Assembly: GCA_965226585.1 (NCBI GenBank)
Contig: OZ245366.1
Coordinates: 1-64,000, forward strand
Length of the DNA stretch: 64,000 bases
Direction of reading: 5' to 3'
DNA from: Thermodesulfobacteriota bacterium
GTDB taxonomy: Bacteria > Desulfobacterota_D > UBA1144 > Nemesobacterales > Mycalebacteriaceae
Positions within the stretch are counted from its first letter, which is position 1. Every line of letters starts with the position of its first letter. Below the pieces are notes generated by a model. That model worked only from the letters and a program-made list of their open reading frames with translations, did no database searches and was not told the origin of the DNA. The translations under genes were made by a program, and so were the position numbers. Below, one piece after another: positions 49,701-58,485 of the stretch.

Positions 49701-52700
49701 TACCCGTTGCTTTTGAATCTATACCCGCAACAAATGCTCCGGGCGCGGCGGCGTTCAGGTTTCTTCCGATTGCCACACTGTTCACGGCGGTTGCGTATGC
49801 GTTTCTTCCGATGGCGATAGACGCCTCGGCGGATGCGGTTGCTCCCACACCAATTGCTATTGCTTGAATTCCGCTGGCGGTGGAGTCTTTACCTATTGAT
49901 ACCGTGTCCACTCCGGTTGCCGCCGCGTTGTGTCCGAAGGCGGACGAGTTCCGACCGCTGGCGACTGAGAAACTGCCAACCGCCGTTGTGTCAAAATGTG
50001 TCGCCGCCGAGTTGTAGCCGAAGGCGGATGAGTTTATGCCCGTTGCTTTTGAAAATCCGCCGACCGCCGTTGTGTCGTCTGCGGCGGTGAGAGAGTTAAC
50101 ACCAATGGAAACCGAGTTGTCTCCCGTGTAATCGGATGTGAAGATTGACCCCGGATATCCGGGACGCTGGATAAAACCGCCTCCCGCGTTGGCGTTGTTT
50201 CCAATCGCGATTGAACTTCCCCCCCACACATGGGCGTTAAGACCTATTGCGACAGAGGCAACCGCATTTCCCGTAACATTTGAGATAGTGCCGAACGCTA
50301 TTGAGTTTGTCCTGAAACGGCTCACAAAAGCGTAACGTCCAATCGCCGTTGATGACGATGCGGATGATTGCGCCGAATCACCGATTGCTATTGCGTGCAA
50401 GCCGAAGACCGCTCTTGAGTTCGCGCCAACCGCCACACTGTTCACTCCGTGTGCGGCAAGGGCGTTCGCGCCCGCCGCGAAACCGCCCGCTGAAAATGCC
50501 CTCGCGTTGTAGCCAATGGCAATCGCCTTTATTGAAGTCGCCTGCGCCCTTTCACCGAAAGCAATTGAAGATTCGCCAAGTGCTTTTGAGTCAAGACCAA
50601 TCGCCACCGCGTTATCCGCCGCTGTGAGGGCGTTCACACCCATCGCTATGGAGTTGTCTCCCGCGTAGTCTCCAAGTTCCCCTTCCGCCAGATTGCCGGC
50701 CGCCTTTTGCACAATGCCGTTGCCCGCGTTCGCGCCGTTACCGATGGCGATTGAGCCGGTTCCCCACGCGATTGAGTTGAGACCAACCGCAACTGCGGCG
50801 GAAGCGTTTCCGGCGGCGTTTGCGAATGAGCCGATTGCCACGGTGTTTGTTCTGAACGGATTCACGGAAGCGTTTCGTCCAATCGCCGTTGATGCCGAGG
50901 CGAGAGAAGCGGCGGAATCACCGATTGCTATTGCGTAGTCTCCGCCCGCAGTAAGCGAGTTATGACCCACGGAGATTGAGAAAAATTCTATGGATTGCGC
51001 GTAGGGTCCAATCGCAACAGACGCGCCGCCGTTCACTATTGCCGAATAACCCACCGCAACCGCCAGAGGTTTGTTTGTCCACGATTCCGCGCCAATGGCT
51101 ATTGACGCAAAAGCCGACATACCCGCGTTTGCGTTCGCGCCGAAGGCGAGAGCGTCATTCGCGCCCGCGAAAGAGTCAATACCAATCGCCATGGCGTTTG
51201 TGCCGAAGGTTTTGTCGCCGTCATAAAGGATGTTTCCGTCTTCATCTCTGGCGATTTGATACGAATACCCGGTACCCCCGGCGATAATTTCGGTGGGGAA
51301 GGTGGTAATAATGTTTCCTTCTCCGTCTTCAAAGATAAGGTTTCCGTTCCTGTCTTTAACAACGTTTCCGAAAATGTCTCTGGCGACTATGGCTGTGGAT
51401 GTGTTTGCCGAGGATATTTCGGTCGGGATGACAAATCCGGCGGGGAAAGTGGTAACGATGTTTCCGTATTGGTCGCTGTACACAATGTTTCCGTTCCTGT
51501 CTTTAACAACGTTTCCGTACCTGTCTTTGGAAACTATGTATGTTCTGGTGTATGTGGGGAGGTTCACGTCTGTGTTTGGACGAAAGACCATCAGGGGAAC
51601 CCTGCCGCCCGCAACGGCGTTTTGACCGAAGGCGATGGCGTTTCCTGCAAACGTTTTTGAGTTTGTTCCGATAGACACGGCGGCATAGGCGTTTGAGTAT
51701 GTGGTGGCTTTTTCACCGATGGCTATTGAACTGTCTGCAAATGCCGTTGAGCGGTGTCCAAAAACGGACGCTCCGTTTCCGTAGGCGGTTGTTCTCGCGC
51801 CGTAGGCGGATGATTTGTGTCCGGCGGCTTCAGAGAGGTAACCGAATGCGGCGGATTCAATACCCGTTGCCGAAGTGTTTATACCCGAAACGGTTGAACC
51901 GTTGCCCGTTGCTTTTGAATCTATACCCGCCACAAATGAACCCGGCGCGCTGGCGTTCAGGTTTCTTCCGATTGCCACACTGTTCGCGGCGGTTGCGTAT
52001 GCGTTTCGTCCGATGGCGATTGACGCCTCTCCGGTTGCGTTTGCTCCCACACCAATCGCTATGGCGTCTATTCCCGTGGCGGTTGAGTCTTTACCTATTG
52101 CTATGCTGTCAAGCCCAAGCGATTGCGCGTTGTGTCCGAAGGCGGATGAGTTTGTTCCCCGCGCCCATGAGGAAGAACCAACGGCGGTTGAGTTGCTTCC
52201 CGCAACGGTTTTTTGCCGTGTGCCGTCTGCGTAGAGGTTTTCCCCGTACTGTGTTTCATAAACAATATTTCCGTGCTCATCTCTCACTATTTTAGTTACG
52301 TTCGCAACTACATTTGTATATACCGGGTTTCCGTTCTCGTCTGTTACGAGTTGCACAGTCGGGGTCGCAGAATCGTCTTCCACATATTCATATACCTGCT
52401 CTCCGGCTGCGTTAAGAACCGGGTCGTATTGGGGAATTCCTTCCACATCAAAAACCTGATTTCCGTCTGCGTCAAGTCTCGGTTCATATTTCGGCACACG
52501 TATGGTTTTGGGATAAACAAGTTCCGTTTTCTGCACCAATGTTGTTTCCTGCACGGTAACGGTTTTCGGCACACGGGTTGTAACGGCTCCGGCGGTGGCG
52601 TTCAGTCCAATCGCCACTGAGTTATGCCCGAAAGAGCGGGCGTTATAACCAAACGATGAAGTTCCGTTTCCCCATGAGGCGGAGTTATAACCAACCGCCA

Positions 52701-55700
52701 CCGTCTCTGTTCCGAAAGCGAGTGATTCTGAACCTATGGCAATTGTTCCAATTCCGCGTGTGGCAACGGCGTTGTAACCCAAAGCGATTGAGAAAACTTC
52801 CGTTGATTGCGCGCCCTGACCGAGAGCGACAGACGCGCCGCCGTTTGCTATGGAGTTGAAACCAACCGCCACCGCAAAGGGGTTGTTTGCCCACGATTCC
52901 GCGCCAATGGCTATTGACGCCAAGCCCGATGAGTTCGCGCCCAAACCGAGGGCTATTGCGTCATCGGCTCCGGTGAAAGAGTCAACACCAATCGCTATGG
53001 AGTTTATGCCGAAGGTTTTGTCGCCGTCATAAATGATGTCTCCGTTTTCATCTCTGGCGATTTCATACGAGAACCCGATGGTAACTTCCTGAGGGAAAGT
53101 GGTAACAACATTTCCGTATTCGTCTTCATAGATAAGGTTTCCGTCTCTGTCTTTAACAACGTTTCCGTGCTCGTCTCTTTTGACTATGGCTGTGGATGTG
53201 TTTCCAATGGTAACATTGGTCGGGACAAAATTTGCGGGGAAAGTGGTAACGATGTTTCCGTATTTGTCGCTATAGACAACGTTTCCGTGTTCATCTTTAA
53301 CGATGTTTCCGCTACTGTCTCTGGCGACTATGTATGTTCTGGTAGTCTGGGGTTTGCCGTCTCCCGGCGGACGCAAAGTCAGCAGGGGAACTCTGCCTCC
53401 CGCGCTGGCGTTTTGACCGAGTGCGATTGAGTTGACTGAGAATGTTTGTGTGCTTGTTCCGATGGAGACTGATGAGGTTGCGGTTTCGTGTGCGACTGCT
53501 TTTGTTCCGATAACCACTGAATCGCGTCCGAGAGAGAACGCGGAATCACCGATTGCCATTGAGCTTACTCCCTGCGCGATTGCCCGTGTTCCAACCGCCA
53601 GCGCGCCGATTCCCCTTGCGGTTGCTCTAAAGCCGAATGCCGCCGCGTTGTCTGCCAGCGCGCTGGCTTCAAGACCGATGGCGATTGTGTTTGAGCCGCG
53701 AGTAACGGAGTTTCCGCCGATTGCGATTGAGTTAAGCGCGAGGACTTGAGAGTTCAGACCGAAGGCGATTGAGCCCGGAGAAGCCGCGCTTGATTCCTGT
53801 CCGATGGCGATTGAGCCCACCGCCGATGAAGAACTGTTCACCCCGAAAGCGAACGCGCCCGTAGCGGTCGCGCTGGCGTTTCGTCCGAGGGCGACTGAAT
53901 CCGTGCCGGATGATATGGCGTCTGAGGAAATCGCGACTGCGCCGGCTCCGGTCGCGGTGGCGTTTGGTCCAAAGGCGATTGAGCCGGTTCCGGTTGCCAA
54001 TGTGCTATATCCGATGGCTATGGCGTTTCTCCCGGGCGAGGTTTGGCTTTCCCCGCCTGCCGAACCGGCAACTGCAAGATCTCCGATTGCTATTGTTCTC
54101 CACGACCGGGCGGATGAGTTTATACCAATCGAGGTGGCATTGATCGCACTCGCCAAGGCGTTGAAACCGAGAGCGGTCGCGCCACGCACGGCGGCGTCAG
54201 AGTATGCTCCTATCGCAACCGCTGACTTGGGGAGTATTGAAGTTCCGCCAGAACTACCTCGGTATCCCGCCTGCGCTTTGAAACCTATCGCAACCCCTAA
54301 GGGTCCTACGAGCACGCCACTGCCGACGCCGACTGAGCCTGAATCAGAGCGTGAAAGTGAATCCGTCGCCGTCACCGCTCTGGCGGTGGCGCCAATAATG
54401 ACTGATCCTTCCACGTTTGCGCTCGCCTTATAACCGATGGCTATGGCGTTTTCGGCACGCGCGTTTGCTTCAAAACCTACCGCGACCGTGCCCGGAGTCC
54501 CTATCTGTCCAGGAAGGGTGTTATCAAAAAATATAGTCTCGCCCGGATCCCCCGCCCTCGCGCCGGCTCCAATCGCAACTGAGTTTGCCGCGTTTGCCAC
54601 AGCGCCGGAACCAATGGCTACGGCGTCTGTCACGTTCGCATTCGCGACTGTGTACCATCCGAATATTGTGTTGTAAGCGGTTTGCTGTACATAAGTGTTG
54701 CCCACATACGCGCCCGCACCGAAGGCGATTGAATCCGCTCCGGTTGCTATCGCTCTAAAACCAATGGCGGTTGAAGTATTCCCAGTAGCTTGTGAATATG
54801 TTCCAATGGAGGTTGAGTCCTCTGCATTAGTTTGTGAATACGCTCCAATGGCGATTGAATTGTATAATCCTCCTAATCCGGAGCGTTCCATTGCTTTCGC
54901 GTTGTATCCAATCGCGATTGAATTCCGCGCCGTCGAATGTGCGAAACTTCCAATCGCGACTGATCTGTCTGCCGCCAGAGTGTTTGCGCCGACAGCAGTT
55001 GCGTTATGATGACGTGCGGTAGCGCGGGCGCCAATTGCAACTGCTTGAAGGTTGTCTGCAAAAGCCCTAAAACCTATGGCTGTGGAGTTGGTGGCTCCCG
55101 CCTGTGCTCCATAACCTATCGCAGTCGTGCCCTCGGCGCTTGTGTTTCCGAGTTCGCCGTTAGCCTGTCGCACAAAAATCGGCGGACTCGCCTTTGCCCC
55201 GCCTCCAATCGCGACTGAGTTTGACGCTCCTGCCTCAGCGCCGGAACCAATGGCTACGGCGTCTGTAGTATTCTTCATCGCAATTGTATGGGTGCCGCCT
55301 GTGTGAACCGCAGTTATCACGTTATAACTTCTAGCCACAAATGCGTTCAGACCAAAGGCGATTGAATTCGCTCCGAGAACATTCGCCTGAAAACCGATGG
55401 CGGTGGAGTGTACTCCGGCGCCATGAGCCCCGTAACCAAATGCGGATGCCCCCGCCGCGCTTGCGACCGAGTCCGTTCCAATCGCGGTTGTGTCAATAGC
55501 CGTTGCCATTGAGGTTGCTCCGTAGGCGGTGGCGTTCCATTGGGTCGCGGCGGCGTTCACTCCGGTTACGGTTGCGTTCATTCCGGCTACGACGGCTCCA
55601 AGTCCGATTACCACCTGTCCGGGAGCTGATGCATGAGTGTCGCGTCCAATGGCTATCGCGTCTTTTGCTGTCGCGCGCGCCCGAACTCCAATGGCTATGG

Positions 55701-56331
55701 AAGTCTCTCCGCTTGCGGTTGACGCCCCTCCAATAGCTATGGCGCCACCCCCCGTGACTGCGTTCGCTCTCTCTCCTATGGCTATTCCGGAAGTGGAGAA
55801 CACGTGCGCCCTGTAACCAAGGGCGACACTGCCCCGACCGTCTGCTTGGGCTGAGTATCCAACCCCCGTTGCATCGTGGTGTGTGGCGCGGGCTTCGATG
55901 CCAAACACGGTAGCGTTATGAACCTGACCATTCGCAAAATATTGAAATGACTGGCCATGAAACCGGGGGTCAACGCGTGCAGGGTTTCCCGGGTAGGAGC
56001 TCGGGTTGTTGACATCGATAGTAAATGTCGTTCTATTTGCCGCCGTCGCACCGGTACCGTAAACAAGACTGTCCTCAGCACAAGAACCAGTTGAAATAGG
56101 GTTTATGCCCGCGCCGGTCTCGAGACGCACTTGTTTGCACATTTCGGGCAAGTGTGCGCGACCACTCGTGCCATCAACGTTATAGAAATTGTACATGTCA
56201 TAAGTGGCATCGGTAGGACCGGTTTGCGCGAATGCCTGTTGTGGATAAGACAATGCGCAAACGGCAAAAAATGCCGCCAAGATTACGGAAATCCCTTTGT
56301 GTTTAGCTCTCAAGGCTCCCGTCAAATTCAA
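46738..56331 (-). CDS. Giant trimeric autotransporter adhesin (YadA-like, type Vc), 3197 aa
   Basis: Signal peptide ..PQQAFA, many xxA(I/V)G head repeats, coiled coil DKIDQHDRDIAALRRGVAMAAAL, four-strand anchor ending GLNFQW. Confidence 0.9.
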   Translation of the reverse strand: MNLTGALRAKHKGISVILAAFFAVCALSYPQQAFAQTGPTDATYDMYNFYNVDGTSGRAHLPEMCKQVRLETGAGINPISTGSCAEDSLVYGTGATAANRTTFTIDVNNPSSYPGNPARVDPRFHGQSFQYFANGQVHNATVFGIEARATHHDATGVGYSAQADGRGSVALGYRAHVFSTSGIAIGERANAVTGGGAIAIGGASTASGETSIAIGVRARATAKDAIAIGRDTHASAPGQVVIGLGAVVAGMNATVTGVNAAATQWNATAYGATSMATAIDTTAIGTDSVASAAGASAFGYGAHGAGVHSTAIGFQANVLGANSIAFGLNAFVARSYNVITAVHTGGTHTIAMKNTTDAVAIGSGAEAGASNSVAIGGGAKASPPIFVRQANGELGNTSAEGTTAIGYGAQAGATNSTAIGFRAFADNLQAVAIGARATARHHNATAVGANTLAADRSVAIGSFAHSTARNSIAIGYNAKAMERSGLGGLYNSIAIGAYSQTNAEDSTSIGTYSQATGNTSTAIGFRAIATGADSIAFGAGAYVGNTYVQQTAYNTIFGWYTVANANVTDAVAIGSGAVANAANSVAIGAGARAGDPGETIFFDNTLPGQIGTPGTVAVGFEANARAENAIAIGYKASANVEGSVIIGATARAVTATDSLSRSDSGSVGVGSGVLVGPLGVAIGFKAQAGYRGSSGGTSILPKSAVAIGAYSDAAVRGATALGFNALASAINATSIGINSSARSWRTIAIGDLAVAGSAGGESQTSPGRNAIAIGYSTLATGTGSIAFGPNATATGAGAVAISSDAISSGTDSVALGRNASATATGAFAFGVNSSSSAVGSIAIGQESSAASPGSIAFGLNSQVLALNSIAIGGNSVTRGSNTIAIGLEASALADNAAAFGFRATARGIGALAVGTRAIAQGVSSMAIGDSAFSLGRDSVVIGTKAVAHETATSSVSIGTSTQTFSVNSIALGQNASAGGRVPLLTLRPPGDGKPQTTRTYIVARDSSGNIVKDEHGNVVYSDKYGNIVTTFPANFVPTNVTIGNTSTAIVKRDEHGNVVKDRDGNLIYEDEYGNVVTTFPQEVTIGFSYEIARDENGDIIYDGDKTFGINSIAIGVDSFTGADDAIALGLGANSSGLASIAIGAESWANNPFAVAVGFNSIANGGASVALGQGAQSTEVFSIALGYNAVATRGIGTIAIGSESLAFGTETVAVGYNSASWGNGTSSFGYNARSFGHNSVAIGLNATAGAVTTRVPKTVTVQETTLVQKTELVYPKTIRVPKYEPRLDADGNQVFDVEGIPQYDPVLNAAGEQVYEYVEDDSATPTVQLVTDENGNPVYTNVVANVTKIVRDEHGNIVYETQYGENLYADGTRQKTVAGSNSTAVGSSSWARGTNSSAFGHNAQSLGLDSIAIGKDSTATGIDAIAIGVGANATGEASIAIGRNAYATAANSVAIGRNLNASAPGSFVAGIDSKATGNGSTVSGINTSATGIESAAFGYLSEAAGHKSSAYGARTTAYGNGASVFGHRSTAFADSSIAIGEKATTYSNAYAAVSIGTNSKTFAGNAIAFGQNAVAGGRVPLMVFRPNTDVNLPTYTRTYIVSKDRYGNVVKDRNGNIVYSDQYGNIVTTFPAGFVIPTEISSANTSTAIVARDIFGNVVKDRNGNLIFEDGEGNIITTFPTEIIAGGTGYSYQIARDEDGNILYDGDKTFGTNAMAIGIDSFAGANDALAFGANANAGMSAFASIAIGAESWTNKPLAVAVGYSAIVNGGASVAIGPYAQSIEFFSISVGHNSLTAGGDYAIAIGDSAASLASASTAIGRNASVNPFRTNTVAIGSFANAAGNASAAVAVGLNSIAWGTGSIAIGNGANAGNGIVQKAAGNLAEGELGDYAGDNSIAMGVNALTAADNAVAIGLDSKALGESSIAFGERAQATSIKAIAIGYNARAFSAGGFAAGANALAAHGVNSVAVGANSRAVFGLHAIAIGDSAQSSASSSTAIGRYAFVSRFRTNSIAFGTISNVTGNAVASVAIGLNAHVWGGSSIAIGNNANAGGGFIQRPGYPGSIFTSDYTGDNSVSIGVNSLTAADDTTAVGGFSKATGINSSAFGYNSAATHFDTTAVGSFSVASGRNSSAFGHNAAATGVDTVSIGKDSTASGIQAIAIGVGATASAEASIAIGRNAYATAVNSVAIGRNLNAAAPGAFVAGIDSKATGNGSTVSGINTQATGTESTATGYRAEAAGTFSSAYGGYAAAIDSNTTAVGHNASANNINGTAVGQNAATANGSVVINGVLTHLFDATAVGQNSHALSINSSAFGQGAASGIVILTYVDTTAIGQNANAVGNKTTALGQGSWAGGNVSTALGQIANTQMHNSVAVGQNAFASTFNSQGVNGVVVGQNAYVTDRDTTAVGQNSAAVKYNSTAVGQGAYASGANSSAFGQNASATGRDSIAVGKDAKASGKDSIAIGVNAHATNDGSIAIGRNAYAIAANSVAIGRNLNATGNGSFVAGIDAKADGNGAHAGGVETQATGNWSTATGYFAEAQGENTTAYGALAYARSDNSTSLGARSFAGSVITGTTSISGQNATSLGESANTTGWRSTSIGAGANTFRDGTQTFGDEANGRNYHFNGAIGSGREFGTGTPDEADVAYKFTGLGLYNDTAYYVVNSSSVHTSGTIRVHTGNTVLANGVLEPTYEFRTVYDYTEFEPDYQAQGEHDDFLYGHISEKKDESTRAGGATRITTVLGDGTLQTADFHFDAVDVLIGNAMGPETADQRVRTEIARVVAESNSGNSEEQEEARTAYLTALRDYLEYSDVKKHDKIDAERDSLLAAQNDFADEFGGVDRYTQAKLEEVLTLRPDPDPNTSLLGRTAYSYEGMGASDFQRQRWANLDVTGAPLGERHQTLSDQVLYKTDPGSYRYEQNRRIDSVLGTPSADKNSSVPAKDIRFDRTGQLYEQENYYESRQVAGYDVADVLGTHLGIQSERLTRGADLLAGFDADGDKWISRGELERGSENLSVRDAIYAYECFKEVNCADHQIKPSEIDETRNRREAQVIEEYIAAGTEDTNQRRIRNVEEFMTEEGRERLTSETLEALNETPLGSEPKRYGDLYERNAWVQDKIDQHDRDIAALRRGVAMAAALKSTHIEPGNRIGLDINFSEYEGDYGVSGSFGMRVTPNFQVHFAGATTNEFEERILRTGLNFQW

Positions 56332-56430
56332 AACAGATACCTCATAAAGATTTTCTACAAATCAATCAGAAAAATCGCGAGTGCCCCCGAAAACGACAGA
56401 GTGGGACATATCGCGAGATATACGGTGCTG

Positions 56431-56460
56431 ATTATATGGCAAATGAAAGGGTGTTGTCAA
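56431..56460 (-). promoter_or_regulatory. Putative promoter of the giant adhesin
   Basis: TTGACA-18 nt-TATAAT, immediately next to repeat locus 6. Confidence 0.55.
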
Positions 56461-56476
56461 GCATTTGCCCCCCTTT

Positions 56477-56712
56477 CGTCATTCCGTTGTCCCCCCCCTT
56501 TTTCGTCATTCCGTTGTCCTCCCGTCATTCCGTTGTCCCCCCCCGTCATTCCGTTGTCCCTCCTCCCGTCATTCCGTTGTCCCTCCCCGTCATTCCGTTG
56601 CCCCTCCCGTCATTCCTGCGAAAGCAGGAATCCAGTATTACTTAACCAGTTGAATACTGGATTCCGTGTCAAGCACGGAATGACGGAAAAAAAGACAAGC
56701 ACGGAATGACGG
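56477..56712. repeat. Repeat locus 6: six CGTCATTCCGTTG+C-rich minirepeats, one full unit (56608-56685) and a partial end
   Basis: Direct reading. Confidence 0.95.
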
Positions 56713-56720
56713 AACTACTA

Positions 56721-57860
56721 CTACCTTGCCACCCCATAAACAACCTCCAAACTCAACACCCTCAACCACCTTTTTCCCCCGTCCTCAAAAACCGCGTCCA
56801 CTCCCGCAAATCCCGCCGCCTCCATTGCCGCCATTCCGCCGTCTGTAACCACCTTCTCACCCGTCAACCGAATGGTAACAACACCCAAATCCTCTCTGCC
56901 CTTAACATCCTCAACCCCAACAACCTCCGCCCTTGTTCTTATCCGCTCATGCTCGCCCTTCTTCCCGCCCGCATAAAGCGTTTCCACAACATCACACGGA
57001 TATGTGGGGGCATTGTGCGCGCCGCTGTTCATTCCTATCTGCGGGGCATACGCAAAATCTCCGCTCACCGCCCCCTCGCACAACGCCTTTACCGCCCCGC
57101 CGTAGCCAATAAAAACAGACCCCGGAGTGTGATGGACTGCGGCGTCATTCATTGTGCTAATCTGCAACCAACTGAAATCCGCTAACGTTATCCCGCGCTC
57201 AAAACTTCCCTCAAAAACCGCCCCCGGCTTTAACTCCTCAAACGCAACCCCGCCGCCCTCTTTCGGCAAAACTCCCGCCTCTATCGGCAAAGGCAAAACC
57301 GCATCTGTTATGTCTATTTTTTCAGGCGTTTTTTGTATCGTGCTTGATTTGTCGTAGGTTTTGCCCTTTTCCGCCCTTACAAGCACTTGCCTTGTGTAGC
57401 GTAAAACCTGTTCGCCGCGCTGGTTTTCGGCGGTGGTTTGGACTTGAACGGAGCCGTTTTTCGCGCCGTCTTTTCTGAACTCCACCCCTAAGACTTCGGA
57501 TTTTGCTTCTATCAAATCCCCTTCAAAAACCGGAACACCGAACACAAGCCCTGAATACGACAGGTTTGCGATGGCGTTAAAAGAAACATCGTGAACACTC
57601 AGCCCGAAAACTGTGTTGAACACAAACCCTCTGCTGACAAGGGCGGATGAGGTTATACCGAAGCGGGTTTTTTTCTCTTGCGCTTGGGGGTCTGTATAGC
57701 CCAATTTGGTGGAAAGTTCGGGATTTGCGGCAAGCATTTCCGCCCCGAATTTGTTGATATACTGCCGGTTTCTCAAAGGCGTAATCCGAACCGCCCCGTG
57801 ATGATAAACATCCCCCCGTGTAAAATCGCCAATATACCGCTGTGATGTCAGGTTTCTCAT
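56721..57860 (-). CDS. mch: Double hot-dog MaoC-family hydratase, mesaconyl-CoA (2-methylfumaryl-CoA) hydratase-like
   Basis: VFGLSVHDVSFNAIANLSY..PVFEGDLIEAKSEVLG..NQRGEQVLRYTR resembles the Mch N-terminal motif VFGKTVPDISLNAVANLGY (from recall). Confidence 0.62.
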   Translation of the reverse strand: MRNLTSQRYIGDFTRGDVYHHGAVRITPLRNRQYINKFGAEMLAANPELSTKLGYTDPQAQEKKTRFGITSSALVSRGFVFNTVFGLSVHDVSFNAIANLSYSGLVFGVPVFEGDLIEAKSEVLGVEFRKDGAKNGSVQVQTTAENQRGEQVLRYTRQVLVRAEKGKTYDKSSTIQKTPEKIDITDAVLPLPIEAGVLPKEGGGVAFEELKPGAVFEGSFERGITLADFSWLQISTMNDAAVHHTPGSVFIGYGGAVKALCEGAVSGDFAYAPQIGMNSGAHNAPTYPCDVVETLYAGGKKGEHERIRTRAEVVGVEDVKGREDLGVVTIRLTGEKVVTDGGMAAMEAAGFAGVDAVFEDGGKRWLRVLSLEVVYGVAR

Positions 57861-57871
57861 TGTTGTGCCTC

Positions 57872-58478
57872 CGTTGCCGCCGTCATTTCGTTGCCCCCTC
57901 CCGTCATTCCTGCCCTCCCCGTCATTCCTGCCCCCCCCGTCATTCCTGCGAAAGCAGGAATCCAGTATTGGTTAGCCAGTATAATACTGGATTCCGTGTC
58001 AAGCACGGAATGACGGAAAGGGGAAAGTGTCATTCCGTTGTCCCTCCCTCTCGTCATTCCGTTGCCCCCTCTCGTCATTCCTGCCTCCCCCCCCCGTCAT
58101 TCCTGCGAAAGCAGGAATCCAGTATTACCCAACCAGTTGAATACTGGATTCCGTGTCAAGCACGGAATGACGGAAAAAAAAGCCAAGCACGGAATGACGG
58201 AAAGGGGAAAGTGTCATTCCGTTGCTCCCCCCCCCGTCATTCCTGCGAAAGCAGGAATCCAGTATTGGTTAGCCAGTATAATACTGGATTCCGTGTCAAG
58301 CACGGAATGACGGAAAGGGGAAAGTGTCATTCCGTTGTCCCTCCCCTCGTCATTCCTGCGAAAGCAGGAATCCAGTATTACCCAACCAGTTGAATACTGG
58401 ATTCCGTGTCAAGCACGGAATGACAGAAAAAAAAAGCCAAGCACGGAATGACGGAAAGGGGAAAAACGTCATTCCCGT
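57872..58478. repeat. Repeat locus 7: four units (57938, 58095, 58235, 58348) plus tails
   Basis: Central variants alternate GGTTAGCCAGTATA / ACCCAACCAGTTGA (ABAB). Confidence 0.95.
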
Positions 58479-58485
58479 TCCCTTC

